A stretch of 64,000 bases of DNA from Eledone cirrhosa (lineage: Eukaryota): the NCBI GenBank assembly GCA_964016885.1, contig OZ024741.1, positions 225,680,001 through 225,744,000 of the forward strand, written 5' to 3'. Positions 56,813 through 64,000 of this stretch are shown one piece after another; position 1 is the first letter of the stretch; each line of letters starts with the position of its first letter. The notes under the pieces were generated by a model that searched no databases, was not told where the DNA came from, and worked only from the letters and a program-made list of their open reading frames with translations. Both the position numbers and the translations under genes were made by a program.

Positions 56813-58569
56813 GTTTTACTCGATTGAGCAGTACTATGATTAAAGGTGTCATTCCATCTCAAAGCCAGTAAGCTGTATTTTGAGGGACATCCGACTGCTA
56901 TTTCTAGCATAGAGCAACCGATTAATGGATCCCATGTTATGCCTCATTATATTTTAAAATTGCCTGGGAGAGATATGTTCTTCATTTTCCGCTTAAAGGT
57001 TGGATCATGAAAGAAAGGGAAGAAGTGAGAGTTGAATGAGAGAGAGAGAGAGAGAGGGGGGAGTGAAAAAGATTGAGAGAGAGAGGGGAGTAAAAAAGAT
57101 TGAGAGAGAGAGATGGGGAGGGAGAGAGAGTTAGAGCGGAGCGGGTGGAATAAATGAAGGAATAAAGAGCAAATTATCATGGTTGTATTCACAGCAGATT
57201 TCAATATGATATAAACTTTTTTTAAAACCAGCCAACCGATTCAATAGAATGTATTACGCTATCATTACCCTGTGCTTCATTACCAGGGATTATTGAACTT
57301 TCAACATGGTTGTGGCCCTGCTAAGCTGAGACAGAACAGGAAAAATAAATATTCAGAGCTGCTGTTTAATTTCTAGTGGATTATGGAATGCATTGTTCTT
57401 ATATATCCTTATTAATGTTGTCTCAAGGGTGTTGGAGTGGTAAAATGGTTTCAGCGTCGGACAAAATGCTCTGTAGTACGTTGATCTTGCCCTTTACATT
57501 CGAGATTCAAATCTTTCCGAGGTCAAATTTGATTTTCATTCTTTCGGGGTCGTTGGAATAAAGTACTAGTTAAATACATGGGTAGATTTAACCGAATTTT
57601 CCTAAATTTATGAAAGAAATACCCCTACTACTTTTCTAACACTTAATTTTACTTCTATTTGGTGCCCTTTTATTTTGTAGTTTTGGGGTAAAGGAATGGA
57701 TCCTTTAAAAATGACACAAGTTTGTGTTCTATGTTGCGTTTAACAACTTTAGTTTACCATACGTAACAAATTCATTTGAGATTATGTGAAGTTCAAGCTT
57801 CTTTTGGTATAAGAAACATCAGATATTATGTAGCACTGTATTTCAAATAAAGTATTCATTTTTAAACCTGGACTTGCCGCATGAATTGATAACGAGGCTC
57901 AGTCGTAAGCGTTGTTGAAACTGAAAGGTGAATATAAACTATGGAAACATAAATTCAGTAAATGAAACATGACAGAATTATAGATCGATAGAGTATTGCA
58001 CTAGAAATCGTGATGTCAGAGGTTCGTATTTAACTAACAGCAATAAGCAGTGTCCATATCCACGAGACATGACTTTCAATGGGCCAATAATAATTCGAAA
58101 ATGTGTATCATGGAGTAGCTGTAGCTCCGCAATGCAATAAGGAAATGTACTGTATAAGTTAGACAGCAAATTTGCAGAGTCGTTACAGTCTCAGGTGATG
58201 AAGACTTTTTAGCATTCTTTCCAAAGGTTCACTTTGCTTTTCATCCATTCACGGTCGATAAGAAGCTACTAGTCCAGAAGTGGAGTTGATTATTCCTCTA
58301 TATATTTTTCTCACTTCCTCTCTATCAATCTCTTCCCTCTCAATCTGCCCTCCTTTCACCCCCCCCCCTGTCTCTCTAAATCCTTCTTAGGAAGAAATCA
58401 GCTGTTTTCTGACCTGGAGATGGGAAAAGCTCCGTTGTTTGTGATTACGATGCCCCTGCGTCTCATACATGCATACAAGTTTAGTGCTTCAAATAGTTAT
58501 AGTACAGAGTTCAAATACTGCCATGTATTCAAAACATTAAAAGATGAAATGATAAATATAATAACTTAC

Positions 58570-58711
58570 TTTTCTCGGATGCTTTGCTTTAATAAAATAG
58601 GTTTCAATGTTATGATGCCTAAGATATGAGTTTCTCTCCTTTCCGTAGCCGGCTTCTGTTTCATATTCTCCATGTAAGTGGTCGAGTGTCGCCTTCGTTA
58701 TATGAACTCGA
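58570..58711 (-). CDS. Adenylate cyclase exon (end of C1a catalytic domain): [47 protein letters not shown]
   Basis: Acceptor tattttcag, donor gtaagtt, 142 nt phase 2-0; (G)[20 protein letters not shown]....IETY.I is the conserved C1a signature. Confidence 0.96.
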
Positions 58712-59905
58712 CTGAAAATATACATAAAGCATATATAGAAAAACAAATGGGATCAACATTAAGTTTATTATTGTAGGATAGTGGATTGGCAGAATCAGTA
58801 GAGTCAGACACCGTGCTTTGCAGCATAAAGTTATGGCCTTTTATGTTCTGAATTCAAATCCTGCCGAGGTTAGCTAAATCTGCTTTAGAATTACGTTAAG
58901 CTCACACGTGTCTGTTGAATGCTCAGCCACTTACACGTTAATTTCATGATCAAACTGTTCCGTTGTTCAAACAACTGGAACACTCATCGTCGGATACGAA
59001 GGAAGTTCAAAAACACGATAGGAAACAGACCATCCATTTTATTTTCTTCGTTAAATATGTTTTCTTCTCTCAATTAGAATCAAGTTTCATTGTAACTAAT
59101 GTATTACTATCTCTCCCTCTCCCTATATAACACCCACACACCCTTTTTTCTCTCTCTATCTCTATCTTTCTAATAAAATATATTTCTGTCTTATTATTCC
59201 ACGACGGAACTACCTTTATGGTTTCTTATAAGACCTTATCACCATCGTTAGTTAAGACGTATTTCTGTTTTCTAAGAAAGAAATACCTAGATGGCTTCTC
59301 ACAGAACATTAACCCTATCATTAAGCCATTGACAATAGTTTGCTTCTCCTTGACACATATACATACAAGACAATGACCTATATATGCCAGTAGCAAGAGG
59401 AAAGAAAAACGAAAAAAACGAACAGGTCAAACAGCAAATTCATCTTTAATCATCTCTTTCGTGATATTATCAATAGCTCTTGTTTAAAACTGTGTTCTGC
59501 AAATCTACACAATACTGAAAAGATTTCTATAATTTAAATATTTTCTAATAACCTAACCTATTTGCTTTCAACTTGATTGCTATTTGCAACTTCATATACA
59601 ATCAAAGGAAAGATTTGTGTCCATAAAGGCAATCGTTATGTGATGTTATGGAGTAACGCGTGCCTCGAGCCAACAGCTCACATTTATTGGCTAGAATTAT
59701 CTGCCGTCTGTATTTTTTTTTAAAGGAAAAGTATATTAATAGTAGTGTTATCAATTCGAAATATTATTTGGCAATATTAAATTTATTTACAATAGTTTCC
59801 TGAAAAGAAGTAGTGTACAAACGAGGAAAATAGATATTTAACCTAAAAGAGAACATGCACGCACACACAAAACTCACACACACGCAAACACACATACACA
59901 AATAT

Positions 59906-60428
59906 ATGTGGGGGCTTCAAAACGGTTTAAGTTATGATGTTTATTTCCCCCACGTATGCTCCATCAAGGTCAATACACTTCAGCAAGCATTGATACCAGC
60001 CTTTAAGTCCATCAGTGCAAAACTGAGGGCCATGTGATTTAAACCATGTCAAAGCAGCTTCTCTTACATCTTCAACTGGGAATCATATTCAATCTTATCT
60101 CTTCCACTTCTAAAACGACTTATCCATTTGTAGGTTGTGGGTTTCTTTGGGGCATTGTCTCCATAAACTTGATCCAGAGCGTCAACGATTTGGCTGCTCT
60201 TCCACCCTAGCTTCATCGTAAATTTGATGTTTTGATTGAGGCCATCTTGCTCGAGGGGGTGCTGACTTGCGACTGGCGCCGTCGCGTTGCAACCTGCATT
60301 TAAGGGTTCATGTTAAAACATCTCATGACACGCTAATAAGAGAACATAGAGGTTCATAGTGATCAAAATCCCGACGCATGATTTTTAGCAATATACTTTT
60401 TCCACGAACATTTTGAAGCCCACTTGTA
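59906..60428 (-). mobile_element. Internally deleted mariner element
   Basis: TIR-like ggggcttcaaaa / ttttgaagccc with TA flanks; minus-strand NIKFTMKLGWKSSQIVDALDQVYGDNAPKKPTTYKWISRFRSG. Confidence 0.75.
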
Positions 60429-60673
60429 TATTTATGAAATTCACGATATCAAAACTGAAATATTAAGAAATGTTATTTTAACACATGTTTCTAAGCAAAC
60501 CAAAAGGATATAGAAAAATATTTATAAACCTTGCTTAAACGCCATTATTCGTAATGTATATATATATATATATGTGTATACATATTATAAGCCGACCATA
60601 AATTGGAAATTCATAACTATCTATCGAGATAAATCTCACTGTGTACATGCGTGCACGCACACACACGCGCGCG

Positions 60674-60767
<94 letters not shown>

Positions 60768-60768
60768 A

Positions 60769-60810
<42 letters not shown>

Positions 60811-60859
60811 GTGTTTGAGAGTGGTGTAGAAGAGATATTTAATTTGTTGGAAATGCAAC

Positions 60860-61244
60860 AAATATAGATGTTTATAACTGATTCAGAGCACTCGACAAGT
60901 TTCTGGAGTAGGTATTCAATGATATTAAATAAATGGAAACTATATTTATAAAACCATATTTATTCTATTATATATATTTAAAGGGTACCAAAATGTGGGT
61001 ACGCTATCGTCAGATAAAATACAAAATGTTTTATAAATATTTGACATGACCAAGGCTAATATACCTTAACGGTTCAACTTATCCCTGGAATGAATAACTT
61101 GAACCGTTACTGGTCATGTCAAATATTTATAAAACATGTTGTATTTTATCTGACGATAGCGTACCAAAACTTTGGTACCCTTGAAATATATATAATAGAA
61201 TAAATATGGTTTTATAAATATAGTTTCCATTTATTTAATATCAT

Positions 61245-61247
<3 letters not shown>
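60860..61247. mobile_element. Asymmetric HHR palindrome, same family as 22871-23312 and 23560
   Basis: Arms about 60916-61052 and 61111-61246; HHR 61142-61202 plus: uauuuuau CUGACGA ..guaccaaa-ac-uuugguac.. GAAA uauaua UA| auagaaua; left copy has G12 mutated. Confidence 0.85.
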
Positions 61248-61287
<40 letters not shown>

Positions 61288-61292
<5 letters not shown>

Positions 61293-63365
61293 GGAGGTGA
61301 GTTTTATTGTGTAGTACAATAAAGCAATGCAGATATCGGATAAGAGGCAATCTACAGTTTGTAGGACTGGAGTATAAATAATATATAAGAACAAAAGATG
61401 GTTAAAAGAGTTCCATGTATTTTATTATGCGCATTTCAAAAACAAATATCATCATGCAATAATATTTGTGTTTTCATCAGATAAAACAGGAAGACATGAT
61501 ATGAAGGTTAAAAAACACTTGTGGATAGTGCAGTTTTAAATCAACATATGAAAAGTAGTTTTAGATTGATGTGTGATATTGGGAAACAAATATTTATTTT
61601 GAGGGGGGTGGGGTGGAAAGGAGGAAAAAGAGGAGGAGATGAGAGTAAAAAGTGGAGAGGGAGGAGTATAATGAGGAAGGATGAGATAGGAGGAGAGATG
61701 GGTGATAGAGAGAGAGAGATAGCTTTTATAACTGAGAAAGATATATTGTTTTACATAGAGAGGTTGAAAACCGTTGGAAGATAATGTATAAATTAAAAGA
61801 ATTTGAAAATTAACGAAGAGAAAAATAATGTAAAGTTAAGGTTTGTATATTAAGGGGTTTAATAATATGTGCGATGAAAAGAAAATGTTAATATGTATTA
61901 AGAATAATATTTAAGGGTTTAATAACATGTGCGATGAAAAGAAAATGTTAATATGTATTAAGAATAATATTTAAGGGTTTAATAACATGTGCGATGGAAA
62001 AGAAAAAGTTAATATGTATTAAGAATGATATTAAGGGTTTAATAATATGTGCGATGGAAAGAAAATGTTGATATGTATTATTAAAAAGAATAACAGGTAG
62101 TTTAAGTAAGGATATATTGTGAGATGAGCATGAATGAGTTAGATGAAAGGGAGAAAAAAATAATGAATTGAGGATGAATAATCTAACGTCAAAAAAATGT
62201 TTTCTATCTGCTTGCATAAATTCCACAAAACATTCCACAAAGTATACAGCTAATATTCTTTATCAATTTAGAATCTTTTTCTCAAAGGCACATATATATA
62301 TATACACTTCTTTAAAAATATACCCATCTTTCTACCTTATTTCAAAGGTTATTATACATTCTATAATACTTGTTACTCATTCTATATATCGCTCCTATTT
62401 ATCACTTCCCTTTTTTCTCTTTTTCTTTTAATGTCTAAACCCTAATCTGTACCTTTTCTCACTGTTGCCTAACATAGAATCAATTATTACATAATACAAT
62501 ACATTCTTACTCTATATCACCTTGTAAAAATCCTTCGTAAACAAACATTTTTTTGACGTTAGATTATTCATCCTCAATTCATTATTTTTTTCTCCCTTTC
62601 ATCTAACTCATTCATGCTCATCTCACAATATATCCTTACTTAAACTACCTGTTATTCTTTTTAATAATACATATCAATATTTTCTTTCCATCGCACATAT
62701 TATTAAACCCTTAATATCATTCTTAATACATATTAACTTTTTCTTTTCCATCACACATGTTATTAAACCCTTAAATATTATTCTTAATACATATTAACAT
62801 TTTCTTTTCATCGCACATGTTATTAAACCCTTAAATATTATTCTTAATACATATTAACATTTTCTTTTCATCGCACATATGATTAAACCCCTCAATATAC
62901 AAACCTTAACTTTACATTATTTTTCTCTTCGTTAATTTTCAAATTCTTTTAATTTATACATTATCTTCCAACGGTTTTCAACCTCTCTATGTAAAACAAT
63001 ATATCTTTCTCAGTTATAAAAGCTATCTCTCTCTCTCTATCACCCATCTCTCCTCCTATCTCATCCTTCCTCATTATACTCCTCCCTCTCCACTTTTTGC
63101 TCTCATCTCCTCCTCTTTTTCATCCTTTCCACCCCCCCCCCTCAAATAAATATTTTTTTCCCAATATCACACATCAATCTAAAACTACTTTTCATATGTT
63201 GATTTAAAACTGCACTATCCACAAGTGTTTTTTAACCTTCATATCATGTCTTTCTGTTTTATCTGATGAATGCACAAATATTATTGCATGATGATATTTG
63301 TTTTTGAAATGCGCATAATAAAATACATGGAACTCTTTTAACCATCTTTTGTTCTTATATTATAT
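61288..63365. mobile_element. Large non-coding HHR element, ~820-bp inverted arms (61381-62202, 62543-63362), same family as 25632-26056
   Basis: HHR 63256-63324 plus and about 61418-61488 minus; internal 60-bp minisatellite mirrored in both arms; left tail matches 25632-25720. Confidence 0.9.
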
Positions 63366-63819
63366 ATATATATATATATATATATGTATTTATGTATACA
63401 TTTCTTGAAGGCCTCAGCGACCTCATTTTTCGGAGTTCGGTTGTTGGTGGATGTAATGTCGTAGTGCTGCACGTGTTGCTTTGTGATATCTCTTACCATC
63501 GCCTGGATCATAGATATGACTTTGGCCATCCCCCTCCCTGCCACTTAAGAATCGCCTTTATTTCTGTGTGTATATATATAAGGCATATTGTTCCCACGTG
63601 TGTGCGGGTTCAGAGAGGCATATACACACTTGTACGCCTACACACCAACCCGAAATCAGCCTCTGTAATACCTTACACTGGTCAGACACATCACGACTTT
63701 CATATCCCCAACAGTCATACATACATACATACATACATACATACATACATAGATACATACATACATACATACATACATACATACATACATACATACATAC
63801 ATACATACATACATACATA

Positions 63820-64000
63820 CGAGGTGGGTCAGAAAAGTTCCAGGACTGATGTCACAAAAGATTTATTTCAAACTTAAATTTCACACTAAGAGTTTTCTCC
63901 TTCAAAGTAATCCCCCTGGAGTCTAATGCATTTTTCCACCCTTCTCTGCCACACTTGCATGCACTCCTGGAACGATTCTTCCGGGCTCCTCCACAGTTCC
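63820..64000 (-). mobile_element. Mariner element 3' end (transposase C-terminus and TIR), runs off window
   Basis: ELWRSPEESFQECMQVWQRRVEKCIRLQGDYFEGENS*; TA then cgaggtgggtcagaaaagtt terminus. Confidence 0.8.

Noticed and set aside
63338-63544. ORF as a possible upstream cyclase exon
   Set aside because: No similarity to the expected C1a sequence (W..DVWS.DV..AN.ME.GG); the upstream exon probably lies beyond the window.

Overview
AT-rich, microsatellite-saturated animal genomic DNA; repeat content suggests an octopus or other coleoid cephalopod (inference). Seven short minus-strand exons (58711 down to 11437) with canonical GT-AG sites and matching phases encode the C1a end, C1b and start of the M2 transmembrane region of a membrane adenylate cyclase. 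The rest is intronic or flanking, filled with decayed retroelements (Penelope-like, R4/Dong-like, Tx1/L1, RTE, CR1), two tRNA-derived SINE families, mariner remnants and a Helitron-like element. The main hidden signal is more than 20 type I hammerhead ribozyme (HHR) motifs from about a dozen sequence families. Many are minimal with palindromic stem III, and several carry the compensatory U3-A8 core. Most sit in head-to-head asymmetric palindromes anchored in (TA)n tracts, or in tandem 318-nt and 591-nt monomers resembling retrozymes. The same architecture surrounds two Penelope-like (probably Naiad-clade) elements. All calls were made by eye; coordinates of decayed elements are approximate.
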